DNA of 64,000 nucleotides, taken from assembly GCA_951406725.2 (NCBI GenBank), contig OX597827.1, forward strand, positions 72,044,001 through 72,108,000, given 5' to 3'. This DNA is from Octopus vulgaris. Taxonomy: Eukaryota. How positions within the stretch are numbered: the stretch's first letter is position 1; the number at the start of each line of letters is the position of its first letter. This document shows, in pieces, positions 1 to 14,035 of this stretch. Made by a program: the position numbers and the translations under genes. The notes below the pieces were generated by a model, which made no database searches, was not told the origin of the DNA, and saw only the letters and a program-made list of their open reading frames with translations.

Positions 1-12
1 TTAATTTTGATT

Positions 13-67
<55 letters not shown>

Positions 68-84
68 CATAAGAGATATATATA

Positions 85-244
85 TTCTACTTGTCCATGG
101 TGGAGCACAATCTTAAAGGGTTTTAGACAAACTGACTCCAGGACTTGTGCTTTGTATTCATTCTATTAGTATCTTTTGCCAAACCGCTAAGTTACAGGGA
201 TGTAAACACATTGATTGTTAAGCGATGGGGGTGGGGACAAATAC

Positions 245-277
<33 letters not shown>

Positions 278-437
278 CGATGAGCTTTTTTCAGAAGTTG
301 TCTATCAAATCCACTCGCATGGCTTTGGTCAGCCCGTGGCTATAGTTCAAGATACTTGCCCAAAGTGCCATGCAGTGGGAATGAACCCAGAACCATGTGG
401 TTTGGAAGCAAGCTTCTTACCACACAGCCATACCTGT
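85..437 (-). mobile_element. SINE family A copy (diverged)
   Basis: Reverse-complement similarity to family A. Confidence 0.8.
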
Positions 438-1429
438 ATATATAATCAATTATTTTATATACATATATAAACTTAGATGAGTTATTTGTATGAATATATT
501 AATAACTGACTGTACATTCTTACTTTTGCAACCGTCTCATCACTCACCCTTATTTTTCTCCCCATCTTGTCATGTACCAGTCACTGCCCTCCAGCCTGCT
601 ACCCAAATAATATTCATCATACCCATGCTACATTCACCCTTTAGCATTTAAACCGGCCATATCCGGCCAAAAATATTCTACCCGTTTTATGTTCAAACTG
701 GCCAGAACTGGTCTCTCACACCAACCCTACAATATTGTTTTAAAAATTAACAGCTACCTCATCAGAATCTCATAGCTACAAGGTAATGCATGATTAATTC
801 AAAACAATGTAGATGAAGAAGCGTTAATTTTGGCAGAATAATGCGAACACTAAAGGATTCATCCACCCGTTTCTGTCTTTCATCGTTTTAGGTTCCAATT
901 CCTTTCTTCTGCCTCGTAAGACAAATGCACGTGTCTTAGGATATTAAGCACTCCACACTTCTCCCCGACCGGTTTTTGGATTTTCTCCTGTCATCGTTTT
1001 CTTCCCAATTTCCTTCTACAGTCTACATTTCTTAAGCTGAGTACTTTCTATATATTTTCTGTGTACAAAGCGACTCCTCCTGTGCTGGTGCCATGGTGGA
1101 GTCGTATCCCAGCCCTCTCTACTCTCTAAGAGTGGTTGGTAAGCAAGACAATATCTCTAAATCTGGTGCAACCAAAAAAACAAAAAAATACATCCAGCAC
1201 AATTTGTAAAGTGGTCGGTGGTAGGTAGAGCATCCAGCCGTAGAAACCAGACTAAATGACAACTAAAGACAGTCCATAGAAAGCAGCGGCTTACAATATA
1301 GTAAGACTCGGAACATAACAATCTGTCTAACCCATGCCCACACTGAAATCAGGCGTAAAATGATGATTCCATCAAATACTTGTGAGTAGATATACGTGTA
1401 TGCACGAATGTATATATATGAGTGTATAT

Positions 1430-2055
1430 ATATAGACACACACACACACACACACACAGAGTCAATTATATACATATATATTTATATTTATATATATACA
1501 CACACACAGTCAATTATATACATATATATCTATATATATATAAATACATACACACATACAGAGTCAATTATATACATATATATCTATATATATATAAATA
1601 CATACACACATACAGAGTCAATTATATACATATATATCTATATATATATAAATACATACACACATACAGAGTCAATTATATACATATATATCTATATATA
1701 TATAAAAATACATACACACACACAGAGTCAATTATATACATATATATCTATATATATATAAATACATACACACACAGAGTCAGTTATATACATATATATC
1801 TATATATATATAAATACATACACACACACAGAGTCAATTATATACATATATATCTATATATATATAAATACATACACACACACACAGAGTCAATTATATA
1901 CATATATATCTATATATATATAAATACTTACACACACACACAGAGTCAATTATATACATATATATCTATATATATATAAATACATACACACACACAGAGT
2001 CAATTATATACATATATATTTATATATAAATACATACACACACACACATACAGAG
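1430..2055. repeat. Minisatellite, unit about 56-60 bp
   Basis: Repeated cagagtcaattatatacatatatatctatatatatataaatacatacacaca, about 10 copies. Confidence 0.92.
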
Positions 2056-2129
2056 GTTACAATATACTTGATTATTTCTACATATTTACGTTTACATAAA
2101 CATAGAACGGAGTATTAAGTCGTGTGTGC

Positions 2130-2174
<45 letters not shown>

Positions 2175-2693
2175 TATAAACTGTTGGCCATAGAGTAACT
2201 CTACCACTACAGTCAAATTTTTAAAATATTTATATACTCGTTTTGAATTCTATTTTTCCCCGTGTGCATCACCAAACAGACAGATAGACAGATGGATATT
2301 CAAAATTTGAGTGAAGTAGCAGAGTGATTCAATGGCCAAGAGTTTGGTGGGTTAGCACTAAACACACGCATGGATGTGTTTCTTATCGTTCTTGTCTATC
2401 AGTTCTGACTAAGCATATCAGGGATGAAAGGGCCTTTCAATTTATTCTTACCTTAACAGTAGAGTAATGAGTTGAAGGCTATCTCAGCCGTTATTTTTAG
2501 CTGGTATAGCGATCGAGTGTGTGGCTCTATCGTTATCTAAATATTTACGTTTATTTGTAAATATCTTTTGTTTGGAATATACAGTAATATATACAGGCAT
2601 ATATACATATAGAGGTGTATTTATATATACACACACATGTAAAATCATATTCTAACACAAACATATTAACACAAAATGTTTACACACACACAG

Positions 2694-2724
<31 letters not shown>

Positions 2725-2924
2725 CGAGTGTGTGTATCACATATAAATATATCGTTATTTCCTTTTTGTTGATTCTTGAAATTTGGAAAGTGAAAATCGA
2801 ACCCCACAAAAATTAACATCACGCTGCAATCTGATAACGTATTTGCGATTGTGTGTATAGATAGATAAATAAAATATTACAATATCTATATATAAATATA
2901 TATGTGTGTGTGTGTTTATATAAT

Positions 2925-3910
2925 ATATATATATTTATACATACATACATATATATATATTTATACATACATACATATATAAATATTTATACATACATAC
3001 ATATATAAATATTTATACATACATACATATATAAATATTTATACATACATACATATATATATATTTATACATACATACATATATATATATTTATACATAC
3101 ATACATATATATTTATACATACATACATACATATATATATATTTATACATACATACATACATATATATATATTTATACATACATATATATTTATACATAC
3201 ATATATATTTATACATACATACATATATATATATTTATACATACATACATATATATATATTTATACATACATACATATATATATATTTATACATACATAT
3301 ATATTTATACATATATATTTATACATACATATATATTTATACATACATATATTTATACATACATACATATATTTATACATACATACATACATATATTTAT
3401 ACATACATACATACATATATTTATACATACATACATACATATATTTATACATACATACATACATATATATATTTATACATACATATATATATATTTATAC
3501 ATACATATATATATTTATACATACATATATATATTTATACATACATACATACATATATATATTTATACATACATACATACATATATATATTTATACATAC
3601 ATACATATATATATATATTTATACATACATACATATATATATATATTTATACATACATACATATATATATATATATTTATACATACATACATATATATAT
3701 ATATTTATACATACATACATATATATATATATTTATACATACATACATATATATATTTATACATACATACATATATATATATTTATACATACATATATAT
3801 ATATTTATACATACATACATATATATATATTTATACATACATACATATATATATATTTATACATACATACATATATATTTATACACACATACATACATAT
3901 ACACACACAC
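2925..3910. repeat. Compound (ATAC)n(AT)nTT minisatellite
   Basis: About 1 kb of tttatacatacatacatatatata variants. Confidence 0.93.
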
Positions 3911-5184
3911 AAATATCTTAGAGGCATTTAAGTATCACAGCAAACGAAGTAATTTGATATCATGCAAAACAAAAATCTATAAAATTGTTAAAAATAATAC
4001 GAAATGCAAAATGATCATGAGAATACATTGCGTAAGTAAGAACAAAAATGCAGAACGTATATGATACTATATAAACAGTGTGAATATATTTTGCTGGTGG
4101 GGGAGAGAGAGATATTCAGTATAAATATGTTAAGACATGTGTAGTGTGGTTACAAAATGGAGGGTCGACATAGTTTCATCAGCGAGAAAACGAAAGACTT
4201 GAGAAAGTATTCAACGAATTCGACTATATTCGACCCTGTAGATTAAATGCTTGGGGAATAAAGTGCAATATGTCAACAGGTCGATTACGGAATGAAGTTA
4301 AAATGTAAAAACAGGACACCTATGGGTAGGAATAAACTCGGAAATTGAATGTTTTTGTTGTCTCTTTTTTCATAATTCTGTAAACAACTTGAGGTTGGTG
4401 CTAAGTCGAGGGACGGTTTGGGGGGTGAAAAAAACACAGCATTCGAGAGAACTGGTACTTTAGCAACATATATGATAATTTTAGAATTTACCTGATAGAA
4501 TAAAATCCAATATACAATGTCTAAATCAATGACGTTGTCATGAAAACATGCAGCAACAATACACCCGTGTGAAGAAGGAAGATCCGAAAATGGCGGATAC
4601 TAACTGACCTCTTTCTGATATGTCGTTAGAAAGAGTTTAAAAAATGTGAACGGAAAAAATTATTTCTTTTCTTTCAGAAATTCTCTATTTCTTTCTTATT
4701 TCCATTATAATTAAATAATTTTGCCTTCTCTTCAGCCAAGCAACAATATACATATATATATATATTTATATATATATATATAGAGACACACACATACACA
4801 CACAAATAGAGAGAGGGAGAGTCAACAATACCTAATCTCACGTGGACGAGAGTAAGATATATTCAAGTATTATTGTATGGATCTATTTTTGTGTGTATAT
4901 ATGTGCATATATATATATACACACATGCATCTATATTTATATATATATCTATATATAATGTAGTTTTTTTAATGTTGGAATATGCGTGTGTATATTTTGT
5001 AAATAAATGAAATATTTATATTTGTAATTTTCTTATTAAAAATATTTTTTAAAGTTTATAAAAAAAAAAATATCAAGTATCTAATACAGTGCAAAACATA
5101 TTTATGTAAGTTTTTGAAAATGCTTTGTTAAGAAATAAAACTAAGCCCCAATGTTGATACTCTAACAAGACAACTATATAATAA

Positions 5185-5275
5185 ATATCGGACGCATGCG
5201 CAGAAGTAGTAGAGTAAATGTCATGGTAGAAAATTTAAACAGGAAGTTGGTTGGGCGCCATTTCTTGCGTCATGT
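5185..5275. promoter_or_regulatory. Candidate housekeeping-type promoter
   Basis: Cluster of NRF1-like CGCATGCGC, ETS-like CAGGAAGT, YY1-like GCGCCATTT and TGCGTCA in a repeat-poor island. The associated gene was not identified. Confidence 0.4.
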
Positions 5276-6057
5276 TCTCCATCGGTTTTGACCAAAAATG
5301 CTGTAGATTCAAATGTTTCCCTTCGGGCTAGGAGCGAGCGAATTTAGATCTAGCTGAAAATCATCTTTTGGAAGTTGTAGAAAGACCAAAAAAAAAAAAA
5401 AAGCAAGAACGTAAAATGTTAATGTGTTAATCGATTTCCTTATGTAGGTAGCGTTAGTGTCAAAGACATCACCCGTTAAAGTCTTAGCGTCGGGCTTTTA
5501 AGTCGTTCTTTTGTAAGGAAATATTCACTAAATATTCACTAAAGAAAGACAAAAACTATTGGAGAATTCAGACTTACAGTCTAACGGAATATTTGGCGGC
5601 GAAATTGATATTAATGTCTAATATTGTTAAAAATATTCCACTGGAAGGAGGAGGTCATTAACCTCATCTTGAGAGATAAAACCGATCGACAGGTTGTGTC
5701 GATATAAATATCAAAAACGGTTTCGGTTCTGAAGAAGAGGTTAATGCTCCGAGAAATTATCTTCTTGTTAACGTTGCCTTAGGAATTACGAAAACATTAT
5801 ACTGTTATTTGGTGTATTCTATTATTATTTATTGTTTACGAAATTCTAACTACAACGTTTAGATATATTTCGTTTTGGGGATTTGGTTTGCAAGATTCTT
5901 TGTTTCCCAGTTCTTGTATTTCTCGTAGCGTTTCTGTAAATACGAGTCTTTCGATTATTCGTCGAAGATTAAAATATGCATAGATCCAAAATTTAAAGCA
6001 CGTTTACTGCAATGTATATGTTATGAATTTATTAAGACAAAATACATAGTGTATATA

Positions 6058-6189
6058 CAGGGTGTCCCCAAAAAATGTATACACATAGTGGTTCGGCAAA
6101 AGAGAACGATAGAATAAGTACTAGGCTTACAAAGAATAACAAATTTACAATTATTTAAGGTGTGTATACATTTTTGGGGGGACACCCTG
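6058..6189. mobile_element. Small Tc1/mariner MITE carrying a SINE fragment
   Basis: TA|CAGGGTGTCCCCAAAAAATGTATACACA ... TGTGTATACATTTTTGGGGGGACACCCTG|TA. Confidence 0.8.
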
Positions 6190-8254
6190 TATTTGTGTAT
6201 GCATGTGTATACACGTTGTGGGAAGTACTTAGCACATGTAGAATTTATTCGTTTGAAAGTGGTGATTCATTTTGTCCCAAGACCGAATTTCTAGCTCTTG
6301 TGACCGTCTTAGGAATTCCAACCAGTTGATCAATTACTTTTGCGCCTGAACGAATTCACAAGAGCTTAAAGTTTGGAATATTAACAGAAGAAATCAGTTG
6401 CTTTGAACAGCTAATCTATATATAAGTTCAGCAACAATTTAGATTCAAATGAATATGGTACTTAATTTAGATGCACCAGAATTTTGTATGGTGTTATCCA
6501 TAAAAAAATTGTGGGGTGATTATAATAAAAAATAAGCAACAAGAATGACTCCAGTTATTTGGTACAATTGTTTCGCACAATTGTGTATATATATAATATA
6601 TACATACAATATTAGATATGTACATATATACACAAGGGTACTATATGAGTACCTATATCGCTAATGATAGAAGTCAAAAAATGTAGTACCCTTGTGCATA
6701 TATGTACATATCTAATATTGTATATTTTATTAATTTGCCTGCACGGCTGATAATTCGCTTACCGCACGTGATGGTATTTTAATAATACCATCCCTATATT
6801 TATATATATATATATACGCACAAAGTCCCGACAAGAAGGGTAAAACATCATTCAATATCAGGGGGGGGGTCATCATCATCTTCGTTTAGCGTCCGCTTTC
6901 CATTGCTAGCATGGGTTGGACGGTTCAACTGGGGTCTGGGAAGCCAGAAGGCTGCACCAGGCCCAGTCTGATCTGGCAATGTTTCTACGGCTGGATGCCC
7001 TTCCTAACGCCAACCACTCCGTGAGTGTAGTGGGTGCTTTTTACGTGCCACCAGCATAGGTGCCAGACGAGGCTGGCAAACGGCCACGATCAGATGGTGC
7101 TTTTTACATGCCACCGGCACGGGGGCCAGGCGGAGTGTAACCATTAATATCTCGTGTCTGGTTGTTTGAATTTCACATTCCCAATCATCGGATAGGATAT
7201 GGAGCACCCACTTCTTATCCAGCCTGAAGATCAGAAACCAGATATGAAATGCCAGTTGTAAGAATGATTGGATTGGATTGCCCATGTCCAGTTCACTGCA
7301 GAACAGGGACTTCACAGCATGTTCTCTCCACCAACCATGGTCTGATGTGGGAACCATGAATTTGAACTTGAGATCATTCTAATTTGATGATCCTACTCTG
7401 CCACACTGGCTCAACTTGGCTTAGCAGAGGAATGTAGTTTTTTAAAACTCATACCTAGTGGTAGTTAAGTTGATCACATCAATCCCAGTGGTCAACTGGT
7501 ATTTATTTTATTGACCCCGAAAAGGATGAAACACAAAGTCAACTTTATATATATATAGTATCTTGGGAGGGTCATCACACCAATGATAATGAATGTATGC
7601 ACTGGTTCAATTTCACTTTATTGTTAGTTATCTAATCAACCAACCAACTGGTCATTTGTTTAATCTGTTGATTAATTAATCAAAGTCCTTTCTTTGTTAT
7701 TCGCCTCGTCAGTAACATGCTCTCCTTCTAGATCTGCTTTGAGTCTGTCTGAGAATTAGTCCTATATTTATGTGTATGTTGGGGTATACAGGTATGTATA
7801 TATAGAGGCAATTATGGGGATAAACAAATTATATACAAAGTATACGTGTAAACAGAATAAAAGCAAAGACCGAAGGGTTTCAGATGATAAATATATAGAT
7901 ATTTGTATATTAATAGATCAAACTTACTCTGAGTACAAACAACTGAGAAAATTAAAGGGGAAGTGGTAAGGTGTTTATCAGTCCAACAGCTGTTTCCGGG
8001 GGCTCAGAGATCCATCTTAATGTTAGTAGATGTAGTTCACCAAAATATGCAGCTTGTAATGGAATCAAATAACCAGTGGATAAATCAAGTCTCTGTCACC
8101 AGGGTAGAAAAAAAACCTTACATTTCGGATCATGATGCAGAGAAGTTTGAAGGTAGAATGGTTAAATGTGGAGAACAAACATATATATATATATATGTAT
8201 GTGTGTGTGTATATATATATATATTATATTATATGTATCAGAAACATGCCACTT

Positions 8255-8598
8255 AGGTAGGCAGTATAATAAAATAGATCAATAGCAACATTTTCCTTTT
8301 TTGGCAAAATATACACCTAATTCAATAAAATTATGAAGGTTACCCTGATTACTATCCATAAAATTATTTTTTTTTTTTTATAGATTAGTTGGGCATAATT
8401 CGTCCCTGCCTTTCAATCACAGTATTAAAGCTATGCATAGTATTTCTGTAGTACACATACTGTGTACATACCTACAACACCATTTTCTTTACGTGCTATA
8501 AAGGCAGAAGTAAATCTGCCTTCAACTTAGTCATAAGTGTTTCGCTTATTTTTTATGTGTTTTACAACATAAAGGGTGCCAACTGCCTACCCTGAGTA
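8255..8598. mobile_element. Second, terminus-less copy of the 24589 hAT MITE
   Basis: Near-identical internal sequence (ggtaggcagt...actgcctaccctgag). Confidence 0.8.
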
Positions 8599-8823
8599 TA
8601 TATATATATATATATATATATGCGCAATATATATATACGTGCAATATTAAATCTCTGAGCGAGAAGTAAACAGTAGCAGTATGCAATCGTAAAATATAAT
8701 TGCCAACCAAATGTGGTGATCCCATGGAGGATGATGCTACTGTTGTTTTTAGCCCCAGGAGGACATCTCCACCAGCTGGCTAAAGACATACTGTCTGTGT
8801 CCAATTATATATGTATATGTATG

Positions 8824-8872
<49 letters not shown>

Positions 8873-8874
<2 letters not shown>

Positions 8875-9275
8875 TCTTTTTACTCTTTTACTTTTTCAGT
8901 CATTTGACTGCAGCCATGCTGGAGCACCACCTTTAATCGAGCAACTCAACCCCGGGACTTATTCTTTTGTAAGCCCAGTACTTATTCTATCGGCCTATTT
9001 TGCCCAACCGCTAAGTAACGGGGACATAAACACACCAGCATCAGTTGTCAAGCAATGCTAGGGGGACAAACACAGACACACAAACACACACACGCTTATA
9101 TATATATATGACGGGCTTCTTTTAGTTTCCGTTTACCAAATCCACTCACAAGGCTTTGGTCGGCCTGAGGCTATAGTAGAAGACACTTGCCCAAAGTGTC
9201 ACACAGTGGGACTGAACCCAGAACCATGTGGTTGGTAAACAAGCTACTTACCACACAGCTACTCCTGCACCTATA
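8873..9275 (-). mobile_element. SINE family A copy
   Basis: Reverse-complement match to 51797-52225. Confidence 0.88.
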
Positions 9276-9310
9276 TATATAATAATATTAGTGGTTTTAT
9301 CTCTAATTTA

Positions 9311-9352
<42 letters not shown>

Positions 9353-10556
9353 AGAGAGAAGTAGAAAGTAGATTGATAAATGTGTAAGTACATCTGTATG
9401 TGTATATATAAATACAAGGTGAGGAGTGTTGAATACATTTCCATATTTGGAAGGTACCCTATCTGGAGATGGAAAGCTGGGCTTTGAAATTATCAAAAGA
9501 ACATGTCTCAAAACATAGTGGTGGTGATCTTGGAGTGATGGTGGTAGTGTTGGTTATGATAGTTGCTGTTATTAATTGTGATGATGATGGTGGTGGTAGT
9601 GTTGATGATGATAATGAGAGTGGTGGTGGTGAGGATGATGGTGATAACAACAATATTGATGATGATGATGACGACGGCAGTGTTCATTACCATGACAACG
9701 ATGATAGGGGATAACGTCAACAGCTTCAATGATGACGATGACGAAGAAGAGAAAAATAATTCTGGAAACCTTTCGATTAAACCAGTTATCTTTGCAATTA
9801 AAAATGGAAATATCAGTCATCTCAAAAAAGAAAGAAAATCATTTAAAAGTCACACAAAAAGATGGCAAGACTGTGTGGTTAAGAAGCTTGCTTACCAACC
9901 ACATGGTTTTGGGTTCAGTTCCACAGCACACCTTGAGCAAATGACCTCTACTATTGCCCTAGGACAACCAATGCCTTGTAGAGATAAACTGTGCTCATCA
10001 TCATCATCATCATTTAACATCCGCTTTCCATGGGTTGGACGATTTGACTGAGGTCTGGCGAACCAGACTCCAATCTGATCTGGCAGAGTTTCTATAGCTG
10101 GATGCCGTTCCTAATGCCAAACACTCCGAGAGTGTAGTGGGTGCTTTTACGTGCCACCGGCACGAGGTCCAGTTTGGTGGTACTGGCAATGGCCACGCCC
10201 AAATGGTATTTTTTACATGCCACCTGCACAGGAGCCAGTCCAGTGGCACTGGCAACGACCTCGCTCGAATGTTTCACATGTTACCAGCACAAGTGCAAGT
10301 AAGGCGAAGCAGTAATGATCATGTAAAGTAACTACCCTCAAAGTAGCTCCCTAAAAGTTGGGTGTTCTTACCTACACCTTTTCCACAGAAAGGAATACAG
10401 AAAAAAACAAAGAGAGAAAAAAAAGAATGTGTAGTGGCTAGCAATCTATCGTGGCAAATACATATATACATACATGTGTGTGTATGTGTATATATATATA
10501 TATACATGTGTGTATATATATATATATATATGTGTGTGTATATATATATATATATA

Positions 10557-12527
10557 TAGTGGAGGATATTGGACTCGTGATTGTAAAACTGTTTTTGATT
10601 CCTGCATCTGGCCATGTGTTGTGTTCTTCCCAAAAAGAAGAGTTGGGGCCAGAGCAAACCTTCTAATTCCCCAAATGTCATCGAAACCAGAAACCATCTA
10701 AAGTCTATATCACTAGCTTACCACCGTTCTCCATCCCAGTCACTGAAGATCCAACTCATAACTGCCAAGAAGAATCTTGATGAGGCTTACTTGAATGCCA
10801 AGGTCGACTTTATCAACGGCAAAATTAGCAAACTATCCAAAGAGCACATTAGTGAAAAACACCATTTTGCCTGGAAATCCATCAAAGACTTATCATGCAA
10901 AAATTCTGGGTCATCAATTAGAATTAAAGGGGGATCAGCTAAGAAGCATTTAGAAAATTGGTCAGCTCATTTTAAAAACCTTCTTGGGAAGAATGCCAAA
11001 ATCCCTGATAACCCCACTCTTCCAAGTGTGCCTATATCAGACACGCTGGAGATAAACACCTCCCCTTTTACCATATTTGAACTAACAGCAGCCACTAAGC
11101 AACTGAAAGCCTCGAAAGCATTTGGTCCCGACAACATCCCAGCTATAATTTGGAAGGATGATAGATTTCACACACTTTTGCTCAACCTTTACAACCACAC
11201 ACTTTCCACTTTTGTAGCTCCAAAGATTTGGCACCAATCACAAATCATCCCAATACCCAAAAAGGCGATTTATACCTCGTCACCAACTACAGGGGTATAT
11301 CTCTAATGTCAATTGCTGCAAAACTGGACAACAAACTGATTCTAAATCGTCTTGTCCTTTTTGTTGAACCTTTGCTCTGAAAGAACCAAAATGGATACTA
11401 TGACCAGATACTATGCAGACTTATCAAAGAATCAAAAGCATTTAAACGCGAAAATGCAATGGTGTTTGTAGACTTTTCTAAAGTGTTCGACTCTGTAGAT
11501 AGGTACAAGATGTTTGAAATCCTTAAGCTCTATGGAATACCAGACAAAATCATTTCTGCCATCAAGGTCCTCTACACAGATACGTCTTCAACCATCTTAA
11601 CCCCTGACGGAGAAACATCATCTTTCTCAATCAAAGCTGGAATACTGCAGGGAGACACACTCGACCCATTTCTTTTCATCGTTGTCGTTGACTATGTGCT
11701 ACGTATGTCAGTTGATACCATCTCTGGCAAGGGCTTTGAAATAAAACCAAGAAGTTCAGACACCCAGCTGAATACTTGACAGACACTGACTTTGCTGACG
11801 ACATCGCTCTTATCAGTGATTCTCTCTCCAATGCCCAGTCTCTTTTACAATCTCTCGAACAAGCCTCAAATTGTGTAGGTCTTTACCTCAATGAGGCCAA
11901 GACTGAATTTATAAACAAGTGCCTGTCCAACAGTGATTGCATCATCCACACTTTCAACAATGCGCCCTTAAATATGGTTTCTGATTACAAATATCTTGGG
12001 TCATACATATCATCATATGGCCTGGTCAGTCTGGAATGACATGCATAAGATCTGGACATCAAATTTAAGTAGAGACTTCAAACTTGAAATCTTCAAAGCC
12101 ACAGTCGAACCAATTCTACTATATGGCTCAGAAACCTGGACGTTATCAAAGAAGCTTGAGAGGCGGTTGGATGGAACCTACACTCACCTCCTTATGAGAG
12201 CTCAAAATCTCTCATGAAAGCGTCATCCAACCAAAATGCAAATATATGGGAAACTACCACCTGTATCATCTCTTGTGAAAGGTAGGAGAGTCCAGTTTGC
12301 TGGACATTGTTGTAGAGCTGAAAACGAGGCAATTTCTACTCTTTCTCCTCTGGAAGCCATCTACTCGCAATACCAGAGGGCGCACACTCTCCTACCTGAT
12401 GTAATCTCCAGGGATACAGGCATCCAGCAACAGGACCTCCGTAATGCTATGATGGACCGTGAAGTCTGGCGGAGCATGGTAAATTCCATTGTCTCGACCA
12501 CGGTCGAACAATGATGATGATGATGAT
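10557..12527 (+). mobile_element. 5'-truncated, frameshifted RTE-clade LINE (reverse transcriptase and C-terminus)
   Basis: Broken ORFs contain GPDNIP, FVDFSKVFDSV, GILQGDTLDPFLF, DFADDIAL, YKYLGS and LLYGSETWTL. The element ends in an (ATG)n tail at about 12511-12527. Confidence 0.93.
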
Positions 12528-13159
12528 GTTGTGTTCTTGAGGAAAACACTTCATTTCACATTGCACCAGTCCACTCAGCTGTGACAACTGAGTAACCCCG
12601 CAATATACTCCCCTCTGATATCCCATCCAGAAGGGAGTATATATTTCCTTGTCTCACGAGATGGTTGTGAAAGAGCATCATCATTATGCAAGTGATGGTG
12701 TTTGTTTCTAGTCTTCTGCGGGAAATATTACCTTGCTTGTAAACAGGTGAAAGTTGGGGTGACAGGAAGCGTAGGAATGCAGTTATATGAGGGAATTTTA
12801 AGAAGGAAGGCCAGGTGTGTATGTGCATATATAAGCTTGCATCCATGTTTAGTGATGGGCATATGTGGGAAGTAGTTTGTGTGTTATTTTGGTTGGGGAG
12901 CTCTGAAAGGGGTCTCAAGGAGTAGCGTCCCTGCCTTCCTGAGCTAGTTTTCCACCACATTTCTTAAAAATCATAGTAGAGGACTTGGTCTCAGGACCAC
13001 TCATATCTAGAAACTGAGGTTGGGGGTAAGCAAGGGCATGCTCCCTGTAGAAAATCCAGCTCCAAAAAAGCCTCATGATAGCAAAGGAGAATGGGAACCA
13101 GCCAGCCCAAAGGTTGGGGTGGGCTGCACCTGCCTGTCTCAGTTACTATGCCATTGAGG

Positions 13160-13349
13160 TAGAATAATTTTTGGTGTTAAGATGGTCCAATTTGAATTTT
13201 TTCTTCTATGGAAGGAAGAGCAAGCCTTCTTCTATCAAACTCTCAATTTAGGTCAACTTGCGCCGCAGGGTCTCGGAGGAGATAGTGTTAGTTGAAGGCT
13301 ACCAACCCTGCCATACACAGACAACTTCAGCTTTATATATAGAAAGAGA
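13160..13349 (-). mobile_element. Helitron 5' fragment, same family as 18358
   Basis: The reverse complement matches 18358-18545 (TCTCTTTCTATATATAAAGCTGAAGTTGTCTGTG...). Confidence 0.78.
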
Positions 13350-13677
13350 TTACATAACACTGGCAGAAAGTCCAAGGAGGTTGGAAGAAATGTCTTTAGT
13401 ATGGTGAGGAACTGGTAAAAGAAATGAAGTTAGGTGATGCACAGGGAAAGGCAAACGGAATGTGACAGATGTGAGCACACGCAGAGGGGGAACTGTTTTA
13501 ATATGAAAGGAAGAAAAAAAAAAATGTTTTAAAAGTACATGACTGGTAGAAAATCCAGTGAGTCCAAGGATAATGAAGTAGTGGAAGCCATGGGGAAAAC
13601 AAATGGGTAAAATCTGCCAAAGAGAAATGAGTAGGAATGCATGGCTCAGACCAATCAGGTAGAAACTTATGAAAAAC

Positions 13678-14035
13678 GCCGCCGCCATGGTGATCTCATT
13701 CTTGCTCCCAACATCATAAGTGGAAAGTGTAACCTCTCGAAAGAGCTGTTCTTCACTCCTGCTCCAGAGCGTCGGCTGTGGGGTCACTCCGAAAAGCTCT
13801 ATCTGTGACGATTTCATCTCAATCGAAGGAGAGGGGCTTTCTCCGTCCGGGTTGCGGATCCGTGGAATAAGCTGCTGGACGAGATAGTGAAGATGCCGAC
13901 GACCGCTCAGTTCAAAGTCTCCCTTGACCACAAATGGCCTGAACTCTTTGCATGAACACCACCCTGTACATAAGTCCATGTCCCCCTACATGGCCTTGTT
14001 TTTTGCTTTTTGAGCCAAATAATTAACTTAACTTA
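13678..14035 (+). mobile_element. CR1-like LINE 3' fragment
   Basis: The plus frame reads RRHGDLI...GHSEKLYL*...AFSVRVADPWNKL...FKVSLD, typical of a CR1-group ORF2 C-terminus. A short taactt-type tail follows. Confidence 0.8.

Noticed and set aside
1263-3464. YIYI/THTH/CVCV-type ORFs, here and throughout the window
   Set aside because: They are translations of TA/CA micro- and minisatellites.
9459-10051. Asp-rich, His-rich and Met/Val-rich overlapping ORFs
   Set aside because: A degenerate (GAT/GGT)n tract is open in several frames and runs into SINE sequence. There is no domain or splice support.
13350-13979. 209-aa minus-strand ORF
   Set aside because: It is the antisense reading of a CR1-like 3' fragment plus purine-rich flank.
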